Source of the DNA: a virus
Taxonomy: Duplodnaviria; Heunggongvirae; Uroviricota; Caudoviricetes
Length of the DNA stretch: 64,000 nucleotides
Direction: 5' to 3' (one strand)
IMG/VR virus record: IMGVR_UViG_3300031413_000570
The notes beneath the pieces were generated by a model. It saw only the letters and a list, made by a program, of their open reading frames with translations. It was not told the origin of the DNA and searched no databases. Shown here one piece after another: positions 47,709 through 57,604 of this stretch. Position 1 is the first letter of the stretch, and each line of letters starts with the position of its first letter. The translations under genes were made by a program, and so were the position numbers.

Positions 47709-49826
47709 TTGACCATGAAGAACTACCATAAACAGCAATCAGGTAAGAGGCAAGGCGATTGGGTCCGTTGCCCTGCACAGAAGAAATGCACACTGATAAA
47801 CGGAGAACACATGACTGAGTACCAGTATCATCAGCACAAGAATGCTGAGCTGGTTGAGAAGCAGCTCAACAGCACGAACGATGTTGAGAGCCTGCTTGCT
47901 ATGTCTATCTTGAAGGAAGCTATGGAGCGTACCTACACTCCTGTAAGCTCCTACGGTCATCAGAAGGCTCTGAAGACTGTTGAAGAGGACAAAGCTAAAG
48001 CTGCCCGCCTGATTGAATCAGGGGATGAGGAAGCTATGGAAAGCTTCATTCAGGACCGTATCAACTCTGAGGACTTCACTGCCCTTCTTGAGAAGCGTGA
48101 TGCAAACATGCAGCTTCTTGAGGAGACTAAAGCTGACCGTGACCTTCTGAAGAAGAAGTGGGAAGAAGACCCTGCGTTCCTGTACGAAGATGTTCGTCAG
48201 AAGGAACTTGCGATGATTGACATCAACGAGGAAGTCAGTCTCCTCCGCCGTCAGATTAACGAGTACAAAGACGTTGCAGCACCTGTTGTGGCTCATCTTG
48301 CTGACCTTGAAGAGAACCGTCTTCGTGAAGCCGGCGAATGGCGTGAGTATGACAAAGAGACTCTGAATGAACTCACTAAGACTGCTGAGTTCGAGTCAGG
48401 TACTCGTGAGTGGCTTGAGCAGCGTCAGAAGGGTATTGGTGGTTCAGATGTTGGAGCCATCAAGCGAGTCAAGGGTGCTTACAACAGCTACGAAGAAATC
48501 ATGCAGTCCAAGCTTGAACCCATCACTGATGAGCAGGTTGCTGAGCAGGCACTGAATAACGAAGAGTATGCTGGTGCTGCTGGACGTGGTAACGCTTGGG
48601 AGAAGCGAATCTTCCTTCAGGTTGTACAGAACAACCCTGATGACAACATTACGTTCTGCAAGTCTTCCTGGAAACACAACGAGAACGAGTTCCAGTTCGC
48701 TAACTTTGACGGTCTGATGGCTGACAAAGATGGTAACCCTGACGGTATTGTTGAAATCAAGACTGCTTCTGTTGCTGGTAAATGGGGTAACCCTGAAGAT
48801 GGCTTGGATGGTGTCCCTGACACGTACCGAGCTCAGACTCTTTGGTATGCCCAGGCTGCTGGTTTCAAGCGTGGTATGGTTGCGGTTGTCATTGATGACC
48901 GTGAATACCGTGAATACCACTTCGCCATGACTCCTGAGCTTGAGCAGGAAGCTGCTGGCAACCTTGAAGCTGTGAAGAAGTTCAACACCGAACTTGCTTC
49001 CCGCAAGGCTGGTACTTGGGAAGGACGTAACCGTGTTCGTGGTTTCTCCCAGAATGCTCTGAACTCCAGCTTGAGCAACAAAGAGAAGCAGGAAATCTTC
49101 ACTGAAGTTGCAACAATGCGTGGTGTTGACTCCAAGGTTGTTGAGCAGGAATTTGCTGGCAACTTCGATGATGAGAACCGCAAGGACCGAACTTATGTTG
49201 CGGCTCAGCTTCGTAACCTTTACGTCACTGCAGCTAAGCAGGAAACTCTGCCTGACTATGTGAGTGTTGATTTGGAAACAGCCGGCTCTCAGCCTACTTC
49301 AGGTAGCATCATTGAATACGGTGCATCTGTTCGTACCAACTACCGTAACTCTACTCTGACTCGTAATGACACAGAAAAAGCTAAGACAAGCAAACTTTAC
49401 GGTCTTTCAAAGAAGGCTCTCCTGACTCGCAGCACAGGTAACAGTGAGGTTCATGGTATTACTGAAACTCAGATTGCGAAGAAGCGTCAGTTCTTGAACC
49501 CTGCTGAAGGTACTGCTGTTCTTGACCAGTTGACAAGTGTGGGTATCATGATGGCTCACAACAAGACCTTTGAACAGCGTTGGATGTCCACTCATGTTCC
49601 TGGTTTTGCTGATGCTGTGAAGCATAAGAAAATCAAGATTCTTGACACTCTGAAGCTTTCTCGTCGTCTTTTGACTGATGTTCCGAACGACAAGCTCTCT
49701 TCATTCACTGCCCGCTACAACGTTCCTTACCTTGGCGCTCACCGTGCTTATAATGACGCTGAAATGACAGGATATGCTTACGAGCGTATGCTTCGTGAAC
49801 TGCGTACAGGTCGTCGTGAACTGTAA
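47709..49826 (+). CDS. multidomain exonuclease: YqaJ/lambda-exonuclease-like PD-(D/E)xK domain fused to a DnaQ-like DEDDh 3'-5' exonuclease
   Basis: YqaJ motif QRQKGIGGSDVGAI plus FDGLMADKDGNPDGIVEIKTAS. DnaQ Exo I VSVDLETAG, Exo II MMAHNKTFEQRW and Exo III HRAYNDAEMT. N-terminal Cys/His cluster WVRCPAQKKC. Confidence 0.6.
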   Translation: MTMKNYHKQQSGKRQGDWVRCPAQKKCTLINGEHMTEYQYHQHKNAELVEKQLNSTNDVESLLAMSILKEAMERTYTPVSSYGHQKALKTVEEDKAKAARLIESGDEEAMESFIQDRINSEDFTALLEKRDANMQLLEETKADRDLLKKKWEEDPAFLYEDVRQKELAMIDINEEVSLLRRQINEYKDVAAPVVAHLADLEENRLREAGEWREYDKETLNELTKTAEFESGTREWLEQRQKGIGGSDVGAIKRVKGAYNSYEEIMQSKLEPITDEQVAEQALNNEEYAGAAGRGNAWEKRIFLQVVQNNPDDNITFCKSSWKHNENEFQFANFDGLMADKDGNPDGIVEIKTASVAGKWGNPEDGLDGVPDTYRAQTLWYAQAAGFKRGMVAVVIDDREYREYHFAMTPELEQEAAGNLEAVKKFNTELASRKAGTWEGRNRVRGFSQNALNSSLSNKEKQEIFTEVATMRGVDSKVVEQEFAGNFDDENRKDRTYVAAQLRNLYVTAAKQETLPDYVSVDLETAGSQPTSGSIIEYGASVRTNYRNSTLTRNDTEKAKTSKLYGLSKKALLTRSTGNSEVHGITETQIAKKRQFLNPAEGTAVLDQLTSVGIMMAHNKTFEQRWMSTHVPGFADAVKHKKIKILDTLKLSRRLLTDVPNDKLSSFTARYNVPYLGAHRAYNDAEMTGYAYERMLRELRTGRREL

Positions 49827-49832
49827 CTGATT

Positions 49833-49879
49833 AACTGAAAGAAGCCCTGACTGGTTGCAAGTCAGGGCTTCTTTCAGTT
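49833..49879. terminator. perfect hairpin AACTGAAAGAAGCCCTGACT-GGTTGCA-AGTCAGGGCTTCTTTCAGTT
   Basis: 20-bp stem between convergent genes. Confidence 0.65.
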
Positions 49880-50114
49880 AACGCAATCCTACTCTTACGA
49901 TTCCTTGGCATTGAGCATCTGGAGCTGATGAAAGTTTGCCTTTCATCTTTCCACACCAAGCACATGAAGCGTAAGGACTATCCATGAAGGCAATCCAGTA
50001 ATGGTGTCCGTCGTAGGTGTCTTCAAATTGGGGTACAGTGGGGCAGTTGTATTGATGCCATTCGTTTACCATTGCACAGTGTGGACAAGTCATCAGGGTT
50101 CTTTCGTTAAACAA
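49878..50114 (-). CDS. small Cys-rich protein (possible zinc ribbon: CPHC ... CAWC)
   Basis: 78 aa with CxxC pairs. Confidence 0.4.
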   Translation of the reverse strand: MFNERTLMTCPHCAMVNEWHQYNCPTVPQFEDTYDGHHYWIAFMDSPYASCAWCGKMKGKLSSAPDAQCQGIVRVGLR

Positions 50115-50171
50115 ATAAGGCTGAACGTTTACTTTATCAGTAAAACGTTCAGCCTTAGGAATTCTTTTGTC

Positions 50172-50606
50172 TTAGCCTACCGTGTAGACAACTCGCTTGA
50201 CGCCAGCCTCGATGAGAGCCTTCTCGCAACGGTTGCAGGGGCGGGAGAAACGCTCGTCGCCGCTACGGGTAACCCGGGCAATGTAAACAGTAGTTCCGCG
50301 AGCGTCCTTCACTCGGGAAAGAGCGTCAATCTCAGCGTGGACAGTGATGTCAGGGTTGTACACATCAGGAGGAGTCGGGGGAAGGTCGCGGTTCTTCCAC
50401 TTGTTCACACCAACAGCAAGAACGCTGCCGCCACGAACAATGACTGCTCCGTGCTTGAAGCTGGCGTCCGAGGACTCAGCGAGACGAACAGCAATATCCA
50501 GGTAGGAACGCTGACGGTTGGAAAGAGCAGTCTTCTCAGGGAACTGCACAACACCCGCACGGGGCTTGTACCGGGTCTGAGGCGACGAGCCAATCTCATC
50601 AAACAT
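50172..50606 (-). CDS. dCMP deaminase (deoxycytidylate deaminase)
   Basis: VHAEIDAL and PCNRCEKALI zinc-binding motifs. Size and layout of ComEB/T4 Cd. Confidence 0.8.
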   Translation of the reverse strand: MFDEIGSSPQTRYKPRAGVVQFPEKTALSNRQRSYLDIAVRLAESSDASFKHGAVIVRGGSVLAVGVNKWKNRDLPPTPPDVYNPDITVHAEIDALSRVKDARGTTVYIARVTRSGDERFSRPCNRCEKALIEAGVKRVVYTVG

Positions 50607-50831
50607 AAAAACTTTGTTTTCTTCCTGGTGGAACGAATAAGGACTGTATGTTCCTTACCTTAGCAGGAAGATCAGAAGAATGCAACTCGGTAACCATATA
50701 AAATAGTTTCTCTTTAGAATCGTCTTTAACAGGTTGAGTGGTGTAAGCCGTCTACTTGGGTGGATGAAGGGTCTTAGGGCAGCAGACGAGCGTCTGTGGC
50801 TAATGAGAGACGTTTCTGGTCGGTTAACGCA

Positions 50832-50875
50832 AAGAGGGCTGACCCTGAACATTTGTATTCAGTGCCAGCCCTCTT
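50832..50875 (-). terminator. imperfect hairpin downstream of nrdF (AAGAGGGCTGACCCTGAA ... TTCAGTGCCAGCCCTCTT)
   Basis: Stem of about 16 bp with a central mismatch, inside the 290-nt intergenic region. Confidence 0.45.
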
Positions 50876-50898
50876 AAGAAGCTACATGTCAGTGTAGA

Positions 50899-51891
50899 TT
50901 AGAAGTCCCAGTCCTCTTCAGCCAACTCTTCACGAGTGGTCATCACGTAGGATGCTCCACTTCCACTGAAGAAGTCGTGAGTGTCAGAACCTGCGTTGAG
51001 CTGCGAAGTAATAGCTGCAGACACTTCAGGGTCTGGGAACAAAGGTTCGTAACCTAAATTAGCAAGAGCCTTGTTGGCGTTGTACTTCAAGAAAGCAATT
51101 ACGTCTTCGGTGAGACCGAACTCGTCATACAAATCCTGGGTGTAACGGATTTCGTTGTCGAACAAGTCGAGAAGCAATTCGTAGGTGAAGTCTTTGAGCT
51201 CAGCTTTAGTGGTCTCATCAAGTTCTTCGATGCTGTCCTGGTACTTTTTACCAATGTAGAAACCGTGAACTGCTTCGTCACGAATAATCAGCTTGATGAT
51301 GTCAGCTGAGTTTGTGAGCTTAGCCTGTGAGTTCATGTACAGAGGAAGGTAGAAACCTGAGTAGAACAAGAAGGATTCAAGCAGGGTTGAGGCAATCTTG
51401 CGACGCTGAGGAGCTAAAGGGTGCTCGGTGTCGCGGTAGTAGGACATGATGATTTCTTCCTTCTTGCGGAGGAACTCATTATGCTGTGACCAGTTGAAGG
51501 ACTGGTTGATGTCCTTTGTGGTGGACAGAGTAGAGAAGATGGAAGAGTAGCTCTTAGCGTGAACATTCTCCATGAACGCAATGTTGGTGTACACAGCTTC
51601 TTCAAACAACGAAGTTGCATCTTTCATAATACTCAAAGCACCAAAACGACCCTGAATGGTGTCAAGCATAGTCAGACCAGTGAAGACATGGAGAACAAGC
51701 TTCTTTTCTGCATCAGACAAGGTTTCCCATGTTTTACGGTCGTTGGAAACAGAGACTTTTTCTGGCAACCAGAAGTTACTGGTAAGTTTCTGCCAAACAG
51801 CGTTGTCGAACTCATCGACGTTGTTCCAGTTGATTGCCTCATAAGCTGGGTGCTGCTGCTCACGAGGTTCGAGGTTGTTTTCTTCTGACAT
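50899..51891 (-). CDS. nrdF: ribonucleotide reductase class Ib beta subunit (NrdF)
   Basis: Ferritin-like di-iron protein. N-terminal YEAINWN ... FWLPEKV and a C-terminal acidic tail ending EEDWDF, typical of R2 interaction with R1. Confidence 0.85.
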   Translation of the reverse strand: MSEENNLEPREQQHPAYEAINWNNVDEFDNAVWQKLTSNFWLPEKVSVSNDRKTWETLSDAEKKLVLHVFTGLTMLDTIQGRFGALSIMKDATSLFEEAVYTNIAFMENVHAKSYSSIFSTLSTTKDINQSFNWSQHNEFLRKKEEIIMSYYRDTEHPLAPQRRKIASTLLESFLFYSGFYLPLYMNSQAKLTNSADIIKLIIRDEAVHGFYIGKKYQDSIEELDETTKAELKDFTYELLLDLFDNEIRYTQDLYDEFGLTEDVIAFLKYNANKALANLGYEPLFPDPEVSAAITSQLNAGSDTHDFFSGSGASYVMTTREELAEEDWDF

Positions 51892-52097
51892 GTTTCCTTC
51901 TTAGTAGTTCAGTACGGGAAGTCTACCATCGTCCTGTTTTGAGGCACGTTTTTGAGACTTGATAAATTGAGCGGTATGGGGTTAATGACTATCGGGTATT
52001 GGTGGTCTTTGTATAACGCTAAAAAAGTATTTTTGATTCCCCTAAAACACTTTCTTTTGCTAAAGATTCGACTTTTATTCATGCGTCTAATGCACTC

Positions 52098-52853
52098 ATG
52101 ATAGGATCACATACTATGTCTGATGATCTTATTACCGGCTTCTCCAAAAATGATTTTGAAGAGAAAACGTCTGAACCTAAAACTGCTTCCAACACTTCAA
52201 CTGATCCTATTAGCCCTGAGAACATAACGGCTGACAGTCAAGTGCGTTTCAAAGACATTACCAATGACATTGGAACTGCTTATTCCAAATCCAAATCAAA
52301 AGCACTCATTTGGTTAGCCATCCTAGGGGTTGTGTTCTACATTACCTCTATTTCTCTTGCTTTGTTCGGACCTCGGGTAAAAGGTCATCTGATCTACACC
52401 AACCCACAATACTTAGAGTGGGTTGATGGTTCGACTTCTATCATCACTTGGGTAGCACGAGCTGTGGCCATAATCATTTTCATTGGCTTGTTAGCGATGA
52501 TCTTTGTTATCTTCTCTAAGGGTGAGAGGAAAGAGGTTGTTGGTCATGTGCTGGGAGCTCATGTAGCTCTTCTGACATCCATTTTTGCGGTCGCTGCTGT
52601 AGTATCAGTGTTCCTGCCTGGTGGATGGTTCACTAACAACAGCAGTACTGATGTCGAAAAATGGATTCTTACCAACTACAATGTCACTTCTACCGAATAC
52701 GGAACCACCAGACGAGAGTCTTCTGTTATCACAGAAGGAACTGTTCGAAGCGGGAAACTGAAAGTGTATGTAGATGGAAATGAGAACATTTCTGAACGTC
52801 ACTTCGTGGAACACGAAGACAACAGATACTACTTCGAAACGGTGAATAACTAA
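52098..52853 (+). CDS. membrane protein, hypothetical
   Basis: Three or four hydrophobic helices. Confidence 0.45.
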   Translation: MIGSHTMSDDLITGFSKNDFEEKTSEPKTASNTSTDPISPENITADSQVRFKDITNDIGTAYSKSKSKALIWLAILGVVFYITSISLALFGPRVKGHLIYTNPQYLEWVDGSTSIITWVARAVAIIIFIGLLAMIFVIFSKGERKEVVGHVLGAHVALLTSIFAVAAVVSVFLPGGWFTNNSSTDVEKWILTNYNVTSTEYGTTRRESSVITEGTVRSGKLKVYVDGNENISERHFVEHEDNRYYFETVNN

Positions 52854-52855
52854 TC

Positions 52856-53464
52856 ATGGACATTGCCTCACACTCTTACACAAAAGAGCTATTGAACGAC
52901 CCTGACATCAGTCAGCTGAGTCTGAAGTCTGAACTTGCAAAACTTGACTTATTGAGCAAGAAACAGATGAAAAGCGTACCTAACAGTCTAATCTGTTGGG
53001 ACCAAACAGGTTACCTGCTTCACCTGAAAACAGAGAAGTCTGCATCAAGATATGTTCCTGACTTGATAAAAATTGATGCTTCGTTGGTTGAAACAAGAAA
53101 AGTCACTTACCGCCCCAAATTTGAACCGCAAATCTTTGGTGGTTTGGCAAGTGGTTACATGTACGATTCAGACGTAAACTTCTACCGTGCTATCCATGTT
53201 GACACTGCTCCGTTCCTTTCCGTGAACAATCTATGGTTAGCTGTGCCAAAATTTGCAGCTATCCTTGACAAGTTCCTTCCCACTGAGAACTTGCACAGTT
53301 CCTTAGAAAAAGTTGGTGACTTCTATGTCCCACGCTTGAAAATCAAGCGAAACTTCTTGAATGGTGACCGGCTGCCACCGGTAAGAGAATGGGTTGGTGA
53401 CATTGACAATGCTCTGGAGTGGAATGATGCTGCAGTTGCATGGCAGCAAGTATCTGACGACTAA
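52856..53464 (+). CDS. hypothetical protein (202 aa)
   Basis: Complete ORF 2 nt after the previous stop. Confidence 0.45.
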   Translation: MDIASHSYTKELLNDPDISQLSLKSELAKLDLLSKKQMKSVPNSLICWDQTGYLLHLKTEKSASRYVPDLIKIDASLVETRKVTYRPKFEPQIFGGLASGYMYDSDVNFYRAIHVDTAPFLSVNNLWLAVPKFAAILDKFLPTENLHSSLEKVGDFYVPRLKIKRNFLNGDRLPPVREWVGDIDNALEWNDAAVAWQQVSDD

Positions 53465-53537
53465 GGTTGCTTTTCCTGCTTTTCCTTGATAGACTGACGA
53501 CTATATTATTCGCCAGACTTATTTTGGGAGATTCATA

Positions 53538-54161
53538 ATGTCTGCAGAGACCTTCAAACCCGTTCCTCGTTACAAAGAGCAGTGGATTAGTTTTGACCCT
53601 GACATGAAGCGCTTCTACGGTCTCAGTGACTGGGATGAGAAACTTCGAGCTAACCTGTTCATGCTTGCTGGCATCCTGGGAGCATTGGTTATTCTTGTTC
53701 CTTTTTTCACCATGTTCGGTAATACAGTAAACGAGTTCTTTGGCACCGTCATCGGTTTTGCAGTCATTGCAGCAGGTCTTTACGCTGCATATCGTTACGG
53801 CGACAAGTATTTCGACCGGAAGAAGAAAGAGCGTTACGCTTACCGCACTGAGTACGCATCGACAATCACTGAGCGACTTCAGGCAAAAGGCTGGGAGATT
53901 GACAACTTTATCTCTGACGGGATTCTCAATGAGAGTCCTATGCAAGTCAAGTACAAAGACGGGCTTGAATATATTTCCCGAGATGTAATGTTCATGCAGG
54001 ATAGGCTTCGTATCACTTTCATGCTGGTAAGCGATGTTTTCGTGAAGACGAAGGACGATGTTGACCCTGAAGCTGTTGCCATTGCTGACTCCTGGAAGGA
54101 CGAGCGTCCTCGTGATGCTTTCCTTGCTGGTGTGGAATGGGCTAAACAGAACAAGGGTTGA
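53538..54161 (+). CDS. membrane protein, hypothetical (two transmembrane helices)
   Basis: ANLFMLAGILGALVILVPFF and FGTVIGFAVIAAGLYAAY. Confidence 0.45.
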   Translation: MSAETFKPVPRYKEQWISFDPDMKRFYGLSDWDEKLRANLFMLAGILGALVILVPFFTMFGNTVNEFFGTVIGFAVIAAGLYAAYRYGDKYFDRKKKERYAYRTEYASTITERLQAKGWEIDNFISDGILNESPMQVKYKDGLEYISRDVMFMQDRLRITFMLVSDVFVKTKDDVDPEAVAIADSWKDERPRDAFLAGVEWAKQNKG

Positions 54162-54742
54162 TTTTAGAACCTGCTTCTGGTAGAGTAGAACTAATACGTC
54201 CTGTTCCCCATCATATTGGAGTTCTTCAAATGAGTACAGATATTGCCGAAGGTTACACCGAGACCACCCTGAGCCAGGTTGACATCAACCACCCCTGGGT
54301 CGCTCAGTACCGTGTACCTGTTGTTAGGGACATGCATGTGGGTACGTTCTTCATCGCTGCTCTGGTGGTTCCTGATAACAGCAGTGAGTACAGCAACTAC
54401 ATGAACTACCTTGCTCCTGATGAGGAGGATGCTAAGCTTATCGCTCAGTACATCCGTTACCGTAAGACCCAGCTTACTGGCTGGTACCTAAAGCAGGTTG
54501 AAGCTCGCTCGCTTGACATCGACTCTGGTGTCAACACCATCACTTTCGCTAAGCGTGAGCATGGCTGGGTTTACCGTCGTATGACATGGCAGAACCAGCC
54601 TTTCGCCCCGAGCTTTGATGGCAAGATTCAGTACGCAACCCTTGCCGAGCTTCTTGACCACGTGAACACCTACGTGGATGAGGTTAGCCCGAAGTGGATT
54701 GCATTCAAGGAGAAGGAGGCAGCCGTTGAAGGTACAGAATGA
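54158..54742 (+). CDS. hypothetical protein (194 aa)
   Basis: 4-nt overlap with the previous gene. Confidence 0.45.
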   Translation: MILEPASGRVELIRPVPHHIGVLQMSTDIAEGYTETTLSQVDINHPWVAQYRVPVVRDMHVGTFFIAALVVPDNSSEYSNYMNYLAPDEEDAKLIAQYIRYRKTQLTGWYLKQVEARSLDIDSGVNTITFAKREHGWVYRRMTWQNQPFAPSFDGKIQYATLAELLDHVNTYVDEVSPKWIAFKEKEAAVEGTE

Positions 54743-55127
54743 CGCTTGGTTAGTGGATGCTGGATTACTTCCAGAGTTCCCTGAGCCTAAAGAAAAGCAT
54801 ACTGATGGTAGTATTGACTTACGTGTGTTCATGCAGGATGAGTTCTGGGTGAACATTACAGGGGATGTGTTCAAGCTTGAGTCAATGGACCACGAATACC
54901 TTGTGAATGTGCTAAGTTTCATCTTCAATGAGGCAGAAAATTACCAGGTTGCTATTCTCGACTGGTATGCTACTAACATCATGCTGTTCATGAATGATTA
55001 TTTAAAGCCTTCTGAGCAGGAGCGTCGAGATTTCATTGAAGAAGCAACTAAATGTATCGACATGACAGCTCACACCTGGCTTGCTAAGACTCCGTTGGTA
55101 GTAAAAATTGAGTCTCTGCTGGACTGA
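54678..55127 (+). CDS. hypothetical protein, start uncertain
   Basis: The track ORF overlaps the previous gene by 65 nt. The real start is probably internal (for example MQDEFWV). Confidence 0.35.
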   Translation: MRLARSGLHSRRRRQPLKVQNDAWLVDAGLLPEFPEPKEKHTDGSIDLRVFMQDEFWVNITGDVFKLESMDHEYLVNVLSFIFNEAENYQVAILDWYATNIMLFMNDYLKPSEQERRDFIEEATKCIDMTAHTWLAKTPLVVKIESLLD

Positions 55128-55225
55128 CTTGACTTTACCCTTTGCGATGACTAAGGTTTAGTTATTGCAGTTTTGAACCGAATACTTATGTAACAAACAA
55201 TTAGTTTTAGAAAGGTTTACCCGTT

Positions 55226-55978
55226 ATGGCTATTTCACTTGATAAGATTGAGCAGAAGGCTCCTGAGCTTCTGAGTCTCTCCAAGAACGCTAACCACACC
55301 CTGAAGAGCAAGGGACTTGAGGGTCACCGTGCGAAGGTTGCCCTTTGCCTTGACTACTCCATGTCCATGAACCCCCACTACAACAGCGGTGCAATGCAGC
55401 GTCTTGCTGAGAAGGTTCTCGCTTTCGGCTCACAAATTGACGATGACGGTGCCATTGACATCTTCATCTTCGGTCGTGAGGCTGAGTACCTGGGCGAGCT
55501 GACCATTGACAACTTCCGTGACGGTCTTGCCAAGCTTCTTGGTAACCGTCGCAAGACCAGCACCGGTTACCACGCTGCCTTCGACCTCATCCGTGACCAC
55601 TACTTCCCCACCAAGAAGGGTCTCGGCGGCCTCTTCGGCAAGACTGCCACTCCTAACGCCCCTCTCTCCGCTCCTGCTGAGCTTCCTGTCCACGTTACCT
55701 TCCTTACAGACGGTAGCCCTGACAGCCGTAAGCTGGCTCAGGAGTCCCTGGTGAAGGCATCCTTCGTCCCCATCTTCTGGCAGTTCCTCTCCATCGGTAG
55801 CGAGGAGTTCCCCTTCCTTGTGAAGCTGGACGACCTGAAGACTCGTTACGTGGACAACGCTGACTACAAGCCTGTTGGTGACGTGGACAAGCTGACCAGC
55901 ACCGAGCTGTACAATGCTCTCCTTGACGAGTACCCTGAGTACATCCAGGTGCAGCGTGCGAACCGTCAGATTCGCTAA
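55226..55978 (+). CDS. von Willebrand factor A (vWA) domain protein
   Basis: MIDAS DxSxS motif LDYSMSM, with downstream TDG and a Rossmann-like alternation. GAAAGG upstream of the ATG. Confidence 0.55.
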   Translation: MAISLDKIEQKAPELLSLSKNANHTLKSKGLEGHRAKVALCLDYSMSMNPHYNSGAMQRLAEKVLAFGSQIDDDGAIDIFIFGREAEYLGELTIDNFRDGLAKLLGNRRKTSTGYHAAFDLIRDHYFPTKKGLGGLFGKTATPNAPLSAPAELPVHVTFLTDGSPDSRKLAQESLVKASFVPIFWQFLSIGSEEFPFLVKLDDLKTRYVDNADYKPVGDVDKLTSTELYNALLDEYPEYIQVQRANRQIR

Positions 55979-56032
55979 CCTGTAACAAACCAATGAAGGC
56001 TGGAAGCCATATGACTTCCAGCCTTCATTCAT

Positions 56033-57604
56033 TTAACCTGCGTTGATAGTTTCTTTCAGCAGACGCTTAGTGTACTTTTCAGTATTCATCCATGTGCGGT
56101 AAAGTAGCAGATAGCTCATGACGCTGATGAACAATGTTGTTCCTGCGATAATCCATGATGATGGGGACGGAGCAAAGAGTGCAATGTTACCAGCACCGCC
56201 GGCGCCGACAAGAAGTACAAATACATAACCAATTAAAGCTGTTGGTGAAGAGATGAGATTCTCACGAGATTTACCTGAGAAGGGTAAAGGCTTCTTCACT
56301 GAAAGGTAGATGGAAATGATTGTTGTTGCTGATGTCACAGAAATAAGTGACGGAATCACTTTCACTAACTGGTCCCATTCGATAGTCCCAATAGCCAAAC
56401 CAACGCCGTAAACAATAGCGTAGATGATGACGATTGAAGCAAGAATGACAATCATTCCAGCATTCAACATCTTGCTCCGCCATTTATTGATTGACAGTAG
56501 CCAGTTGATTGAACCACTAATCAGACCGAAGATATTTGCTCCGAAGGAAACACCAACAGCAAGGGGCAACACAATCATTGTCGTAGTCAAAGCATTTTCA
56601 CCCTTGAGCAGAAGAACAATGATGAGGGAGAACGCAAGAGAAGTCATAACTGGTTTAGTTACAGTGCTGTAACGGAACAGCAAACGAGTGAGCAATACCA
56701 GTGGACTCAAAGGGACAGAGCTTCCAGAGATTTGCTTCTCATTGGTCTTAGAAACAGTCAAAGGTTCTGGAATTTGTAATGTATGTGACGCCATCAAAGA
56801 CAACGCTGAAATGGCAACAGCTGTCAGACCTGCCACGATAACTAATGAAGCAACCAGTAGCTTTCCATCACCAGTTGCTAACTGATTCAAAAAGTCGAAC
56901 ACTGTGTTAGCCCCACCGAACAACGTGGTTCCGTGCTTAGGGTCAATCAGCAGAACAAGTCCAAGTACTGCTACGAACATGCCTAAGAACAACAGTCTCA
57001 TCTTGCGACCGAATTTACGTGAAATGAACTCAACAACCCAGGAGACTAAAGCCGTAACGATTGTCATGAAGACCCAGATACCCCAAGCAAAAATGACAGC
57101 GTAGGAAGGGTAAGCCGAGTCGAAAGTTATCAATTGGGCAGCAATGGTCAACCCAGTGAGTTGAATAAGAGTGAAGGATGAAATCACCTGGAACAGAACA
57201 CTGTCCCCGATTTTGTAGGTGTCACCATTCTTGACAATGACCATTTCACTATGGGACACCATGCCGTGAATAACATACCCTGAGAACGGTACGAAGATAA
57301 TGGAGCCTAACAGTAGAGCTACAGCTACTGTTACGAACACTTCCATGTTACCTGTCGTATACATTTCCAGGTATACAGACAGGAATTGTTGTAACTCTCT
57401 GGCTGTCTCTGCTGTAGGATCATCTGGCAGAGTTGCTGTCATGATAGCTCTGATGAATGAGGTTGTCTGCAGTGACGCTGCAATAGCCCCAATTGCACCA
57501 AGCAAGAAAAGAAGACCTGCTATTTGCATCCATGGTTTTGCGTTAGCGAAACGGAAGGCAAGTAAAGTGAATGAGTCGTTCAACCCAGCAAAGAACAGTT
57601 TCAT
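56033..57604 (-). CDS. ABC-2-type transporter permease (multi-pass membrane protein)
   Basis: At least 10 hydrophobic helices, immediately downstream of and abutting the ABC ATPase gene. Confidence 0.5.
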   Translation of the reverse strand: MKLFFAGLNDSFTLLAFRFANAKPWMQIAGLLFLLGAIGAIAASLQTTSFIRAIMTATLPDDPTAETARELQQFLSVYLEMYTTGNMEVFVTVAVALLLGSIIFVPFSGYVIHGMVSHSEMVIVKNGDTYKIGDSVLFQVISSFTLIQLTGLTIAAQLITFDSAYPSYAVIFAWGIWVFMTIVTALVSWVVEFISRKFGRKMRLLFLGMFVAVLGLVLLIDPKHGTTLFGGANTVFDFLNQLATGDGKLLVASLVIVAGLTAVAISALSLMASHTLQIPEPLTVSKTNEKQISGSSVPLSPLVLLTRLLFRYSTVTKPVMTSLAFSLIIVLLLKGENALTTTMIVLPLAVGVSFGANIFGLISGSINWLLSINKWRSKMLNAGMIVILASIVIIYAIVYGVGLAIGTIEWDQLVKVIPSLISVTSATTIISIYLSVKKPLPFSGKSRENLISSPTALIGYVFVLLVGAGGAGNIALFAPSPSSWIIAGTTLFISVMSYLLLYRTWMNTEKYTKRLLKETINAG

